A stretch of 64,000 nt of DNA from Candidatus Woesearchaeota archaeon (GCA_964471255.1 CAYYFB010000001.1:110798-174797); one strand, 5' to 3'; positions 10,325-21,900 are shown, numbered from the stretch's first letter. Made by a program: numbers and translations. The notes: generated by a model from the sequence alone, not told the origin.

Positions 10325-13300
10325 TGAAAACTTTAAAAGATTCTCTGAAAATATTGTCGCTTTTATGTTTTTTCTTTATGTTTTCAGAAACGAAACTACT
10401 ATTTTCACAAGAATGTTCTTGTCTACAGGATTACTGTATAGAGAATGGGACAGCAGCTCAATTCGAAATGCCTCCGGCTTATGTCTATAATGTTTTCAAT
10501 GAGACGTCTCTATTTAATATTTCCATTGGAGGGTACCTTGTTTTTAATGACTCAAACAACTATGTAATAGGAGGAGTTATAGACCAAAATATCCCCCCAA
10601 TGAACAAAACCCCGGTGATTTATCAATCAACATCTGATTTCTTGATAAACTACACCTGTATTATTAATTGGAGCAAAATTTACGAGAAAAGTTGCGATGA
10701 ATTGGGATTAACTTCTCATAAGTGCGTTTGTGGAGATGAGGGAAATGAGTATATCCGCTCCAGGGTTTGTGTGTTGGGCTCGGCCATATACACTTGTAAC
10801 AGCAACCCCAAAGATATTGCCTGCGAGGAAGGAGAAAGTCCTTATTCCCACTGTGTCTATAGTGGAGAGCTTTATGAGAATAACTCTGTCATTGAGATCA
10901 ATTACTCACTTAAAAGAACCGTCTCTCTGGGAACCTCCCCTCTACCTTTCGAATATATGTATGCTACAGAAGATACTCCAATTTATAGAGGAAATTACTC
11001 TATTTTTGAAAGAGGTGGGGTAATATACGTTAATTACAGTGAAGAAAGAAAAATTCCAATAATTTGCCATAATGGAATCTGGTACGGAACATGCGGTAAT
11101 AACATCTGTGAAGATTGGGAAAATCCAGGAAATTGCCCTGAAGATTGTTGTAAAAATTGCCGCTTTGTAAGGACAGGAGAGTTAACTCAGTACTGTATTG
11201 GTTATGGAGGATGTCAAATGCCTCCAGAGTGTCTTTATAAAGATATTGTGTGTCTATCCAAAATACTAGCAGTGCATTTGGATGATGTCATATATGAAGA
11301 AAAGAAAAGATATCTTTTTGCTTGCTCTTCCAGAACACTAATTAATTGTAGTGAAAGTATTGCAGAAAAGGTTGTTGAATATTTCTTCCAATCTAGTCCC
11401 TATACAGGGACTATCAAAGAAAGTGTTATTAAGGTTTTTAAGGGTTTATCCAAGGGAGTATGTGAAGATAATGCTGGATGTATACTAGATGAATGGAGAG
11501 ATCCTGATTTGATGAAAGAAGTTTGTGAGGAAGACTTCCTTGCTGATTGGATAGAACAATCTTATACTCCCCTTACTAATTATTCGCAATGGAGGGAGCA
11601 CAAAAGTTTTCCATTTAACTTTGCAAGAGAAGTAAACGTTACTTTAAATTCCCATGAGCCTATTTATGATGTTGTCATTAGCTTTTCATTTAATAGCAAG
11701 GAATTAATATCCAAAGGAAAAATGCGGAATGACTGCGGGGATATTAGGATAGTCGATGATAGTTTCAATTATCTTCCTTACTATATTGATCAAAATACCT
11801 GTAATACAACCAATACCATCGTGTATGTTAAGGTTCCTATCCTAAAGCCAGGGAGCAATCACTTATGGTTACTTTATGGTAATCCCTCAATAACATCGGC
11901 TAGTAACCCTTCAGCTGTCTTTATGTTCTTTCAGGATTTTGAAGATGAACAAGAGTCGAAGCAGCAATTAACTTTCTACAGATGGGCGGGAGATGCTTCT
12001 AAAGAATGTGTTATTTCTGGAGGGTACCTCTATCTTGCAACCAACTCTGGAGAGGGTGGATGTATTGCATTTTTAAAGGAGAATATAAATCCTGCTAACA
12101 AAATAATTAGTTTTTCATTTAAACAAGAAACTACAAAAGAGTCGCAACCTATAGTTGCTCTCTTCCTTGATAAAGAAGAGGAAAAATATAAAAACTTAGG
12201 TTATTGCTCCGCGGAATTCAGTGGGGCTGGGATGGCTTGTCCCAATCCTTCTTCTTCCCTATCAGAATGTCAATACGTGAGGGGATATGGAATTGGAGCT
12301 GGAGAAACCATCTATCTCTTTCTCCCTCCAAACATGACTATAGGAAACTTAAAGGTAGAATTTGTTCCTCATCATATAGAAAAAAATCAATGGCATGAAC
12401 TAATTGCAAAAACGTGGAGAAATAGGTTTGAAGTTTACTTAGATGGAGAGTTGGTTTTGAAAGTAACCGGAATAAAGTGGTTTGGCCTAAGAAAAATTGC
12501 CATAGGAGGATCAAAAATAGAAGAAGGGAAAATACTGATAGATAATATTAAGATAGAAAAAAACATTGGAGCAAATATTAGCACAACTTTGGGAAGTGAA
12601 ATAGCTCTCAATCCTCTTTTCTCGATAGGTGCAAATGAAGGGGTGTTTCTAAACTCCTCAGAAAGCTCTGTAGGAAGTTCATATCTTTTCTATACAATAC
12701 CTTCCGAGCTAATAAAAAAGGGAAAAGTTGACATAAAATGGAAGTTGATCTGTTCTGGAATGTGCAAAGGAATCAAGGCAGAAGCCTATATCATTAAAGA
12801 AGTCCTTAATAGAAAGAATGATGGTTCTTTTCCAGAAAAAAGTGATCTTCCCTATGGAAAGGTCAAGCTTGGTTCTTTCCCTACTTATTCTGTTGGAAAA
12901 GAAGTGGTCTCCTCCTTTTTTGTACCTTTAGAAAGCTATCCAACCTACATTACTTTGCTCGTCGCATTAGAAGACAAAAATCCAAAAGAAGGTGCAGCGC
13001 TTTTGATAGATTTTATTAAAGTAAGGAATTACATAACCACGTTTTTAATGAATTTCACAAAAGCGCAAGTTGTACTAGAGAGATCAGGTACTGTCGGAGA
13101 TTATGGCAAGGTCAGATTTAAAGCAATATCAAAAAAAGAATTTTGCTGTGGGGATGATTTTGGTGAATTCTCTCTAATTGAGAGATATATGGACTATTTC
13201 GGCCCTTTATCTTCACAAAGGAAAGTTTGTTCCTCATCTCCTTTCTTCTGTATTATAACTTTAGAGGATGGATTAAATCTTATATACCCAGAAGGTTCAA

Positions 13301-13740
13301 GAATAAAAATAAAAGCAAATACAAACTCTTCAGACTGCAACATCTCGAAAGTTTTCGAACTTGCAAAACTTGTGTTGATAAATTCTAGCTACTATGAGGA
13401 ACTGAATGACACATATACAAGATGCCAAGGAACGGTAAACTACACTGTATATGACTATGAAAGCAATAAAGAATATGATTTAAAGGATGAAATTACAGTA
13501 AGAGTGGGTGGAGAGAGTTACACGTCTGATCTTTTCTCTTCTTTGTTTTTCCCAGGCAATTACACATGTAATGATGGGGTTTGGATCAATGAAGAAATTA
13601 ACGTAACAACTCTACAACTCCCCATTAAGTTCTCGTTTGGGATCCTAGAATGGTTTAATATCTCGAATCCAGGTGAATTTACTGAGGAATATTACAAAAA
13701 ATTTATATATAGAAGTGAAGAAGTCAAAAGGTGGACTTAA
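10306..13740 (+). CDS. giant Cys-rich secreted protein, candidate adhesin/tip protein of the locus
   Basis: 1144 aa. Signal peptide (MKTLKDSLKILSLLCFFFMFSETKLLFSQ). >60 Cys concentrated in the N-terminal half. Many N-x-S/T sequons. No catalytic motif recognised. Confidence 0.55.
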   Translation: MERGTLMKTLKDSLKILSLLCFFFMFSETKLLFSQECSCLQDYCIENGTAAQFEMPPAYVYNVFNETSLFNISIGGYLVFNDSNNYVIGGVIDQNIPPMNKTPVIYQSTSDFLINYTCIINWSKIYEKSCDELGLTSHKCVCGDEGNEYIRSRVCVLGSAIYTCNSNPKDIACEEGESPYSHCVYSGELYENNSVIEINYSLKRTVSLGTSPLPFEYMYATEDTPIYRGNYSIFERGGVIYVNYSEERKIPIICHNGIWYGTCGNNICEDWENPGNCPEDCCKNCRFVRTGELTQYCIGYGGCQMPPECLYKDIVCLSKILAVHLDDVIYEEKKRYLFACSSRTLINCSESIAEKVVEYFFQSSPYTGTIKESVIKVFKGLSKGVCEDNAGCILDEWRDPDLMKEVCEEDFLADWIEQSYTPLTNYSQWREHKSFPFNFAREVNVTLNSHEPIYDVVISFSFNSKELISKGKMRNDCGDIRIVDDSFNYLPYYIDQNTCNTTNTIVYVKVPILKPGSNHLWLLYGNPSITSASNPSAVFMFFQDFEDEQESKQQLTFYRWAGDASKECVISGGYLYLATNSGEGGCIAFLKENINPANKIISFSFKQETTKESQPIVALFLDKEEEKYKNLGYCSAEFSGAGMACPNPSSSLSECQYVRGYGIGAGETIYLFLPPNMTIGNLKVEFVPHHIEKNQWHELIAKTWRNRFEVYLDGELVLKVTGIKWFGLRKIAIGGSKIEEGKILIDNIKIEKNIGANISTTLGSEIALNPLFSIGANEGVFLNSSESSVGSSYLFYTIPSELIKKGKVDIKWKLICSGMCKGIKAEAYIIKEVLNRKNDGSFPEKSDLPYGKVKLGSFPTYSVGKEVVSSFFVPLESYPTYITLLVALEDKNPKEGAALLIDFIKVRNYITTFLMNFTKAQVVLERSGTVGDYGKVRFKAISKKEFCCGDDFGEFSLIERYMDYFGPLSSQRKVCSSSPFFCIITLEDGLNLIYPEGSRIKIKANTNSSDCNISKVFELAKLVLINSSYYEELNDTYTRCQGTVNYTVYDYESNKEYDLKDEITVRVGGESYTSDLFSSLFFPGNYTCNDGVWINEEINVTTLQLPIKFSFGILEWFNISNPGEFTEEYYKKFIYRSEEVKRWT

Positions 13741-14909
13741 AATACTATTTGTCCCTTTAATACCTTTTTTTGAATTTCTAGAAACACTTCTATATCTAAC
13801 ATCTCATTTAAAACTTTCTTCATTCTTTCTACAGAGTATTCCCTAGAGTAAACAAAGATATTTACCGCTAATGGATCAGTAATTTGCCTTCCTATTTGAG
13901 ACACGAGTATAACTTCGTTCTTGTATCCGTACTCATGAAAGATCCTCTTTGAGATTTCTAGAGCCAGTAGGTTATATATCTTTCCCACATGTGAGTAAGC
14001 ATTCTTGCCTGCTATGGCTTCTATAGAAGTAGGACGCAAAGGAGCAATTATTCCGTTACTTCTGTTCCCTCTCCCCACACAACCATCGTCGCCACATTCT
14101 GCAGAAGTTCCTGTAACAGTAAGATACAAAAGATCTTTATTAGGATCATCAGCAGTATTTATAAATACATTAAATTCATATCCGTACTTTTTTAGGACCT
14201 TACTCCATAATATTTCTTCAATTTTCCTTTTTTTCTCTAAATAGTCCTCTTTTGAAGAGACAAACTTGTCAACAAATGCACAAGCAATTATAAGAGTAAC
14301 ATTCGTCCCATTTCTTATCCCTAAAACCTTTATATCTTCTCCTATAAAGGGGAATTTATTTTTTATTTCTTCTGAGTTAAGAATATTCTCAGATTTTAGA
14401 ACAATTTCTTCTAAGGGCGTGTGGGGATAAAATCCTACCCCTATACTAGTATCATTTGCTTTTGGAATTTCTCCCATCTCATACATTCCAACAAGGTCTA
14501 CAGAGCCCCGTTTTAAATCAAGCTCTAATTTTACATTCTCGCCAAGTTCTAAGAATCTGTAATTCTTTTCAAGAGTTTCTTTAATCTCTTCCCTAATTAT
14601 TTCCTCCCAAGGGATCTCTTTGCTGTCTACAACTAAAGTAGCCCTACCCCCAATTATTACTCTAATTGGTTCGAGAATTTCGCCGCCTCCAAATTGTGGA
14701 GATGATCTTCCCGCAATAAGTAGGCCCTTATCGACGTTATGATGCAATATTCTTCCAAAGTTCTCTATGTAATATCTACTGAGCGCCCTACTTGTAGCTT
14801 CAGCTATATAATCACAAATAGTATCTGGATGCCCTTTCCCTTTCCTCTCTACAACTTCAAACTCTAACCTTGCGGGCCAAATCTTTTTGGGAATGATAGA
14901 TATTTTCAT
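13737..14909 (-). CDS. mat: archaeal-type S-adenosylmethionine synthetase
   Basis: 390 aa. N-terminal 'VERKGKGHPDTICDYIAEATSRAL' and the overall archaeal MAT architecture. Confidence 0.85.
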   Translation of the reverse strand: MKISIIPKKIWPARLEFEVVERKGKGHPDTICDYIAEATSRALSRYYIENFGRILHHNVDKGLLIAGRSSPQFGGGEILEPIRVIIGGRATLVVDSKEIPWEEIIREEIKETLEKNYRFLELGENVKLELDLKRGSVDLVGMYEMGEIPKANDTSIGVGFYPHTPLEEIVLKSENILNSEEIKNKFPFIGEDIKVLGIRNGTNVTLIIACAFVDKFVSSKEDYLEKKRKIEEILWSKVLKKYGYEFNVFINTADDPNKDLLYLTVTGTSAECGDDGCVGRGNRSNGIIAPLRPTSIEAIAGKNAYSHVGKIYNLLALEISKRIFHEYGYKNEVILVSQIGRQITDPLAVNIFVYSREYSVERMKKVLNEMLDIEVFLEIQKKVLKGQIVF

Positions 14910-14967
14910 AAAAAATATGTATCTTACCAGAATACAAAAATAGATAATTTAAGATGAAACTAATATT

Positions 14968-16500
14968 TTGCCTTTCTTTCAAGAAATTAGAGTGGTATCG
15001 AAACACCTCATGGAAAAGGCAAAAAAATTAGGAATCTTGCTTTCCCCAGATTTTCCTGCGATCTCTCCTGAAGAACTAGAAAATCTCTTTAATTTTGTTA
15101 AGAAAAAAAAGAGAGATATCCTAGTTCTTACAAAACAGGATTATTTGGATTATAAGAAACGTAAAAAAGAAGAACTGAGAGAAAAAGAAGAGATCTCACA
15201 AATTCCTCTCCAAAAACGAGAAGTCGTTATCATAAGAAGCAGAAAGGAACATTTGTTCTCAAAGGAACATGAAGCAGAAGTTAAAGTATTAAAATCTTTT
15301 AAAATTAAAGGAAAGAAAAGGAAATTTGACGATTTTCTTTATATGTTTCTGGATAGATATGAAAAAGCCAAAAAAATTTTTAGCGGAAGACTTTCTCCAA
15401 TTCAGATTTCTTTAGCAAAAAGATTGGAAGGAAGAGAGGTTGATGTAGTAGGGATCGTTTCAAAAAGAAGGGAAGTGAAAAAAGGCCTAATAATCGAATT
15501 GGAAGATCCTACCGGAACCATTAGGGCCTTCATTCCTAAAGAAAATTCAAAAATAAATTATATAATAAGGGACATTGCTCTGGGGGTTAAGGGAAAAATA
15601 AAGAGAGGAACAATATTTGCTGACGAAATTTTTTTCCCTGACATCCCAACCAAACAACTCAAGCCACTTGAAGATGATGTTTGGGCATGCTTTATAGGAG
15701 ATTTTCATTTCGGATCACGATTTTTAGATAAAAAGCTAATAAAAATTTTTCTTGATATCCTAAAAGGAAGAAAAGGGACCTCAAAAATAAGGGAACTCAT
15801 AGCCAAAACGAAATATTTTATAATATTAGGAGATATTGTTGATGGAGTTGGAATTTATCCTGAACAGAAGAAAGAATTAGAAATTACTGATGTTTTTAAA
15901 CAATATGAACTTGCCGCAAATTTTCTCGAAGAATTTCCCGAAGATAAATTCTTTATAATAATACCAGGAAACCATGATGCCGTTCCTAATTTAGAACCCC
16001 AACCTCCTTTGGGTAATGGGTTTTCAAAACCGTTGAAGGAAAAGATTGGTGATCGTGCTGTATTTCTTTCAAACCCAGCGTATTTTTATCTGAACCCATC
16101 AGATGGGGGTGGGAGGTTAGTGCTGGCTTATCATGGGTACTCAATTGATCGTATAATTTCTGAGGTACCGATGTTTCGAGGAGGAAAAGAGTACCGTGAA
16201 GCTTGGAAGGTTCTTAAGTATTTATTGCAAGTGAGACATCTGGCCCCAAAGTACGGATCCACTCTCCAAGTTCCGGATAAAACTGATTACCTCTTTATAA
16301 ACCCTATTCCGGATGTTCTATGTACAGCGCATATCCATTACCTGAGTGTCGGCATTTACAAAGGTGTTAGGCTTATTTCTACATCATGTTTCCAGGCACC
16401 TACCCCTTTTCAATATATGCTAGGACACAATCCAAAACCGGGTTTACTTCCCTTTCTCCATTTAAGAGACGGAAGTATGAAAATTGTTCAACTTGTTTGA
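14968..16500 (+). CDS. DNA polymerase II (PolD) small subunit DP1
   Basis: Calcineurin-like phosphoesterase motifs 'FIGDFHFGS', 'IILGDIVDG', 'IIPGNHD', 'YHGYS', 'CTAHIHY' after an OB-like region. Real start may be the ATG at 15010 (MEKAKKLG). Confidence 0.7.
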   Translation: MPFFQEIRVVSKHLMEKAKKLGILLSPDFPAISPEELENLFNFVKKKKRDILVLTKQDYLDYKKRKKEELREKEEISQIPLQKREVVIIRSRKEHLFSKEHEAEVKVLKSFKIKGKKRKFDDFLYMFLDRYEKAKKIFSGRLSPIQISLAKRLEGREVDVVGIVSKRREVKKGLIIELEDPTGTIRAFIPKENSKINYIIRDIALGVKGKIKRGTIFADEIFFPDIPTKQLKPLEDDVWACFIGDFHFGSRFLDKKLIKIFLDILKGRKGTSKIRELIAKTKYFIILGDIVDGVGIYPEQKKELEITDVFKQYELAANFLEEFPEDKFFIIIPGNHDAVPNLEPQPPLGNGFSKPLKEKIGDRAVFLSNPAYFYLNPSDGGGRLVLAYHGYSIDRIISEVPMFRGGKEYREAWKVLKYLLQVRHLAPKYGSTLQVPDKTDYLFINPIPDVLCTAHIHYLSVGIYKGVRLISTSCFQAPTPFQYMLGHNPKPGLLPFLHLRDGSMKIVQLV

Positions 16501-16506
16501 TTTATT

Positions 16507-16989
16507 TCACTTTAAAAAAGAAATGTAAAAATAGACGCTCGGGAGGTATATAAAAAACAGCAGAATGAAAGGAAATAAACCTATTAAAATTCCAGTAAAA
16601 ATGTCATCATACTCCCGTAGGATATTCGAAACTAGGAGGATTATAAAGACAGAAATAGAAAGAATTATTAGAAATGATTTTTTTAGAGCTAAGAATATTA
16701 GGGGCCAGCAGCACGTAATAATAAATTTAGTAAGGGTTTGCAGGTTATAGTGTTCTTTTAAGAATATGTAATATACTATCGAAAAAAAGAGAGATATAAC
16801 AAGTAAGAACAGAAAGAAACCAATAAATATGGAGGCTGCTATCAAAGGTATTCTATCTTGGGCAAAGGATAGTAAACTAGCTATAAATGCTAGGAATAAG
16901 AGATAAATACCACAATCAGAAAAAGAGGCATACTCACAATTCTGAAGAATACGGGAAGGTCTAAAAAGGAGTTTCAATATAGAGAACAT
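16507..16989 (-). CDS. hypothetical polytopic membrane protein
   Basis: 160 aa with four predicted TM helices. Confidence 0.4.
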   Translation of the reverse strand: MFSILKLLFRPSRILQNCEYASFSDCGIYLLFLAFIASLLSFAQDRIPLIAASIFIGFFLFLLVISLFFSIVYYIFLKEHYNLQTLTKFIITCCWPLIFLALKKSFLIILSISVFIILLVSNILREYDDIFTGILIGLFPFILLFFIYLPSVYFYISFLK

Positions 16990-17025
16990 ACCTTCATAAT
17001 GTCTAAAGTTTATTTGAATTTTTAT

Positions 17026-17127
17026 GGGGCCGTAGCCTAGTGGTAGGGCGTCGGGCTCCAGAAGAATCTGGAGCGCTGATAAGCTGAAGAAACCCGAAGG
17101 TCCGGGGTTCGAATCCCCGCGGCCCCA
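17026..17127 (+). tRNA. tRNA-Trp(CCA) with ~30-nt intron in the anticodon loop
   Basis: Acceptor GGGGCCG/CGGCCCC. Anticodon stem TCGGG/CCCGA. Loop CUCCAG[intron AAGAAUCUGGAGCGCUGAUAAGCUGAAGAA]A. T-arm GGTTCGAATCC. Confidence 0.85.
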
Positions 17128-17191
17128 TTACTACATATAAGTAGTTAAAAATGTTTAACTCATCTCATATATTCCTATTCTATTTTCTTAT

Positions 17192-18841
17192 ATGGCGGAA
17201 AGGAGAGTTGCACATACAATGCCTGTACTTATCCTTCCTGAAGGGTATACAAGAACGGTAGGAAGAGATGCGCAGAGAATGAATATTTTAGCGGCAAAAA
17301 TTGTAGCAGAGGCGGTAAGAACAACTTTAGGACCAAAAGGGATGGACAAAATGCTAGTAGACTCATTGGGCGATGTGGTGATAACCAATGATGGAGCGAC
17401 GATTTTAGATGAGATGGAAATAGAACATCCGGCAGCAAAGATGATGGTAGAAATTGCAAAGACACAAGAAAAAGAAGTAGGAGATGGGACAACAACCGCG
17501 GTGGTCCTTGCCGGTGAACTCCTCAAGAATGCAGAAGACCTTTTAGAAAAAGATGTACATCCAGCAGTGATTTGCAAAGGATATAGACTTGCTATGGAGG
17601 AAGCACTTAGGATATTAGATGAGATAGGCAAGCCGATAGACCCCAACAATAAAGATGTCCTAGTCGACATAGCTATGACAGTGATGCGGGGGAAGGCTAC
17701 CCCTCAAGAGACTGAACTTAAAGAGCTAGCAAAAATTGCTGTAGATGCTATATTTACAGTAAAAGAGGAAAGAAATGGAAAAATATATGTTGATATAGAC
17801 AATATTAAGCTTGAAAAAAGAGTTGGTGGTTCGGTAGGTGATACAGAATTAATAAAGGGTGTGGTATTGGATAAAGAAAGAGTCCACCCGGGCATGCCCA
17901 CATTAGTAAAAAATGCTAAGATAGCTCTCCTCAATTGCCCTTTAGAAGTAAAAGAACCCGAAGTAGATGCAAGAATACAGATAACCTCCCCAGAACAAAT
18001 GGAAGCATTTCTGGAGCAGGAAGAAAAGATGATAAAAAAGATGGTAGAAAAGCTAAAAGAAGTAGGAGCGAACGTAGTTATTTGTCAAAAAGGAATTGAT
18101 GAGATAGCACAGCATTATTTAGCTAAAGCAGGAATATTTGCCGTCAGAAGGGTTAAGAAATCTGATATGGAAAAATTAGCCAGAGCAACTGGAGGGCGTA
18201 TAGTTACTTCAGTAGAAGATCTTTCCCCAGAAGATCTAGGTTATGCTGAGATTGTAGAAGAAAGAAAAATTGCTGGAGAATCCATGACATTTGTAAGAGG
18301 TTGTAGGAATCCAAAGTCGGTCACAATTCTAATAAGAGGGGGATCTGATCACGTGGTTGATGAAGCAGAAAGAGCTATGGAAGATGTCCTAGGGGCCCTT
18401 GCTAGTTTATTAAAAGATCCAAAAATCGTCGGTGGTGGTGGAGCCGTGGAAGTTGAGTTGGCAAGGAGATTAGAAAAATTTGCAGATAAGTTCCCAGGTA
18501 GAGAACAGCTAGCTATAAAAATGTTCGCAAAATCTTTAGAGACAATTCCTATGGCAATAGCTGAGAATGCCGGTTTAGATCCTATAGATTTTCTGGCAGA
18601 ATTAAAGGCAAGACATGAAAGAGGGGAGATATGGGCAGGGATAGATGTTTTTGAAGAAAAAGTAGTTGATGCCATAGAAAACAAAATAATAGAATCTATC
18701 AGCGTGAAAAAACAAGCTATAAAAAGCGCCACAGAAATGGCGATAATGATACTTAGAATAGATGACGTAATAGCAGCTGGGAAATTAAAGAAAGAAGAAG
18801 AGAAACCGGGTCTAGGAGAAGAAGAAACAGAAACCGACTAA
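17192..18841 (+). CDS. ths: thermosome subunit (group II chaperonin)
   Basis: 549 aa. '[11 protein letters not shown]', 'ITNDGATIL', '[16 protein letters not shown]', 'VGGGGAVE', and a C-terminal charged tail. Confidence 0.95.
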   Translation: MAERRVAHTMPVLILPEGYTRTVGRDAQRMNILAAKIVAEAVRTTLGPKGMDKMLVDSLGDVVITNDGATILDEMEIEHPAAKMMVEIAKTQEKEVGDGTTTAVVLAGELLKNAEDLLEKDVHPAVICKGYRLAMEEALRILDEIGKPIDPNNKDVLVDIAMTVMRGKATPQETELKELAKIAVDAIFTVKEERNGKIYVDIDNIKLEKRVGGSVGDTELIKGVVLDKERVHPGMPTLVKNAKIALLNCPLEVKEPEVDARIQITSPEQMEAFLEQEEKMIKKMVEKLKEVGANVVICQKGIDEIAQHYLAKAGIFAVRRVKKSDMEKLARATGGRIVTSVEDLSPEDLGYAEIVEERKIAGESMTFVRGCRNPKSVTILIRGGSDHVVDEAERAMEDVLGALASLLKDPKIVGGGGAVEVELARRLEKFADKFPGREQLAIKMFAKSLETIPMAIAENAGLDPIDFLAELKARHERGEIWAGIDVFEEKVVDAIENKIIESISVKKQAIKSATEMAIMILRIDDVIAAGKLKKEEEKPGLGEEETETD

Positions 18842-18927
18842 TTGTTGCTTTTCTCTTTCTTAGTTCTTATTTTGTTGTTTAAACTCCTTTCTCGATTTTA
18901 AAAGAGCAAACTTAAATAGACTTTTAC

Positions 18928-21900
18928 TTGTCTAAAAAAGGGATTATGATGGCTATCTTCCAGGGGGTATGTCCAAATTGCCATGGTGAAATCAGTGATG
19001 GAAGGCTCAAAATTAGAAACCCTTGTTGTAGATGTCTTTCTAAAGAGATTATTAAAAAAGATTTGATAGAGAATATAAAGGAAATTTATTTTGCCTTGAA
19101 AAAAGAGGGAAAGGTACTAGATTATGAAAAGATTTATAAAGAATTCATTTTGTTGGATGAGTTTGAGAGGTTCTTCGAAAGCTGTGTTAATAATAAGTTA
19201 TGGAGTGTTCAGAGAAACTGGGCATTTAGAGTATTAAGGGGAGAAAGTTTTGCTATAGTTTCCCCCACAGGAACTGGAAAAACAACTTTAGCAGCCGCTT
19301 TATCTGTCTTCTTAGCAAGAAAGTTTGAAAAAACAATCTATTTTATAGTACCCACAACCACTCTGGTTAGACAGGTCGCTTCTTTAATAGAAAAATTTGG
19401 GTTATTTCCTCTCTATTATTACTCTGGAATGAGGAAAAAAGAAAAAGACGCTTTTCAGGAGAGGCTCCTTAAAAATTCTTTCGAAATTCTTATTACCACT
19501 TCACAATTTCTTTCTAGAAACTTCGATATTCTAAAAGGAATTCATTTCGATATCATCTTTGTAGATGACATAGATGCTCTTCTGAGAACTTCCAAAAACA
19601 TTGATAGAGTGTTGCAACTTATTGGCTTCTCGCAAGAGGATATTTCTTTAGCCATGGAAGTTATTAAGAGTAAAAGAAAGCTCCTTAGAGCAAAAAAAGG
19701 AGAAATTCTTAATATTCTTAAGGAAATAAAAGAAATAAAAAGAAAATTGGAAAAAAAAGAGAAGAAAGGGCAAATAATCCTAATGTCAGCTACAGCAAGG
19801 CCGAGGGGCACCCGCCCAAAACTTTTTAGGGAACTGCTTAACTTCCAAATTGGAGAAAGTGCTACTGGAATGAGAAATATTGTAGATGCTTACTTTGTAA
19901 CGGAGGATTTAGATAAAGCTCTCCTTGAAGTTATTAAAAAGTTAGGTAATGGGGGCCTTATTTTTGTAGCAAGAGACTTTGGAGAAGAGAAATGTAAACA
20001 ATTAAAAACATATCTTAACCAACACGGGATAAAGGCAGATACTCTCCTTGCGGGAGAAAAACTAGATAAAATTGACCTTTTCAGAGAAGGAGAAATAGAT
20101 ATTTTAATAGGCTCTGCCCACTTTTACGGAGTCCTAGTGCGAGGGTTAGATCTCCCAGAGAGGGTTAGATACACTGTTTTTTATGAAATCCCACGTTTTA
20201 AGCTTAAAATAGAAGAAGCACTACTTAATCCTTTCTTTTTCTTGTATTTTACTGATGAGATCCTAAAGATCAAAGAGGAGAAGGAACTAAGAGAAATAGC
20301 CTCTAATATTGAAAAATTCCTCACCAGCGTTTCGCCCAATGCTATAAGAATGCTTGTTAGAGAGTTGAAGTCAAATATTCCGGAAAAGTTTACGGAGATC
20401 ATAAAAAAGATAAAAAGGGGAAAAGAAATTATTCAAAATCTTCTTTCAGATCCCGAAGTAAAGAAAGGACTTAAGGAAGCAAAATCGTTTATTTTTTCTC
20501 CCCCAGTAGTTGTTTTTCCTGATGTTAATACCTATATCCAAGCCTCAGGAAGGTGCTCTCGCCTCTATGCTGGGGGGCTGACTAAGGGCCTAAGCATCAT
20601 CCTGACTACTAATGAAAAAAACATCAAACTTCTAGAGAGAAGACTTAGATGGAAGTACGATATAATTTTCAGAAAACTGAAAGAACTTAAGCTCTCTGAA
20701 ATCCTGGAAGAGATAGACAAAGATAGGAAAAAAGTGAAGATGATAAAAGAAGGAAAATTGAAAAGTGAAAGAAAAGATCCTGTGAAAACTATTCTCTTAG
20801 TTGTTGAGTCTCCAACAAAAGCGAGAACCATTGCCAATTTCTTTGGCAAACCTTGTGTCCGCATCAGAAATGGATTGAGAATATATGAAACATCGACCGG
20901 GGACATGGTGATCAATATAGTAGCCACCAAAGGCCATCTCTTTGACCTTATTACTAATCAATATTTCCACGGAGTAAAAAGAATTAACAATCTTTGGATA
21001 CCTATCTACGCAACTATAAGAACTTGTAAAAAATGCGGAGAACAATTTGTAGGCCTTTTGAAATGTCCTAGATGCGGTTCGGAAACCTACTCAGATGCAT
21101 GGGAAAGGATAAAGACGATTCAAGAAATAGCAAAAGAGGTTGATCTTGTGTTAATTGGGACCGATGCTGATGCTGAAGGAGAAAAAATAGGATGGGATAT
21201 TGCCTGCGCTATCGCTCCATTCTCTAGAGAAATAAAAAGGGTAGAATTTCATGAGATAACCGAGCGGGCCATACTTTCAGCACTGAGAAATCCGAGGGAT
21301 ATAAATTTAAAATTAGTTGAAGCCCAAATTGTTAGAAGAATAGAAGATAGGTGGATAGGATTTGAATTAAGCGAAGAGGTGCAAAGGGAAAAAGTAGGAT
21401 ACTCCGCGGGAAGGGTCCAAACCCCCGTTTTAAAATGGATTATTGAGAGATACAAAGAAAGGAAAAATAATATGCGGTTTTATCTTGATATAGAAATACC
21501 TATTGGATTAAAGATAGAATTTGAGCTTCCATCTAAGATAAAAGATAAGGAAGATGCGGAGTCTTTTGCTGACCAAATAGAGGAAATAGAAGTCGAAAAA
21601 ATAAAGGAATGGGAAGAAATCTTGAACCCTCTTCCACCATTCGAAACAAATACATTAATTAGTGAGGCATCAAGAAGTTTAGGATGGGATTCAAAAACCA
21701 CAATGAGAATCGCTCAAGATTTGTTTGAACTTGGTTTTATAACTTACCATAGAACAGATTCCATACGAGTCGCTCCAGAAGGGATAGGAATCGCAAAATA
21801 CTTTATCAAGGATAAGTTTGGAGAAACGTACTTTAAAGGGAGATCCTGGGGAACTGGAGGAGCACATGAATGCATACGGCCCACTCGTGGATTAGAACCT

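Noticed and set aside
17009-17016. TATA-like 'TTTATTTG' upstream of tRNA-Trp
   Set aside because: Only ~10-17 nt from the mature 5' end, too close for a canonical -26 TATA box. Left uncalled.
17188-18732. Minus-strand ORFs (17188-17670, 17229-17495, 17704-17934, 18349-18732) inside the thermosome gene
   Set aside because: Ser/Leu/Ala-rich low-complexity translations antisense to a highly conserved chaperonin gene. Typical antisense artefacts.
19542-21701. Several 68-121-aa minus-strand ORFs within reverse gyrase
   Set aside because: Antisense to a long conserved gene, with low-complexity products.
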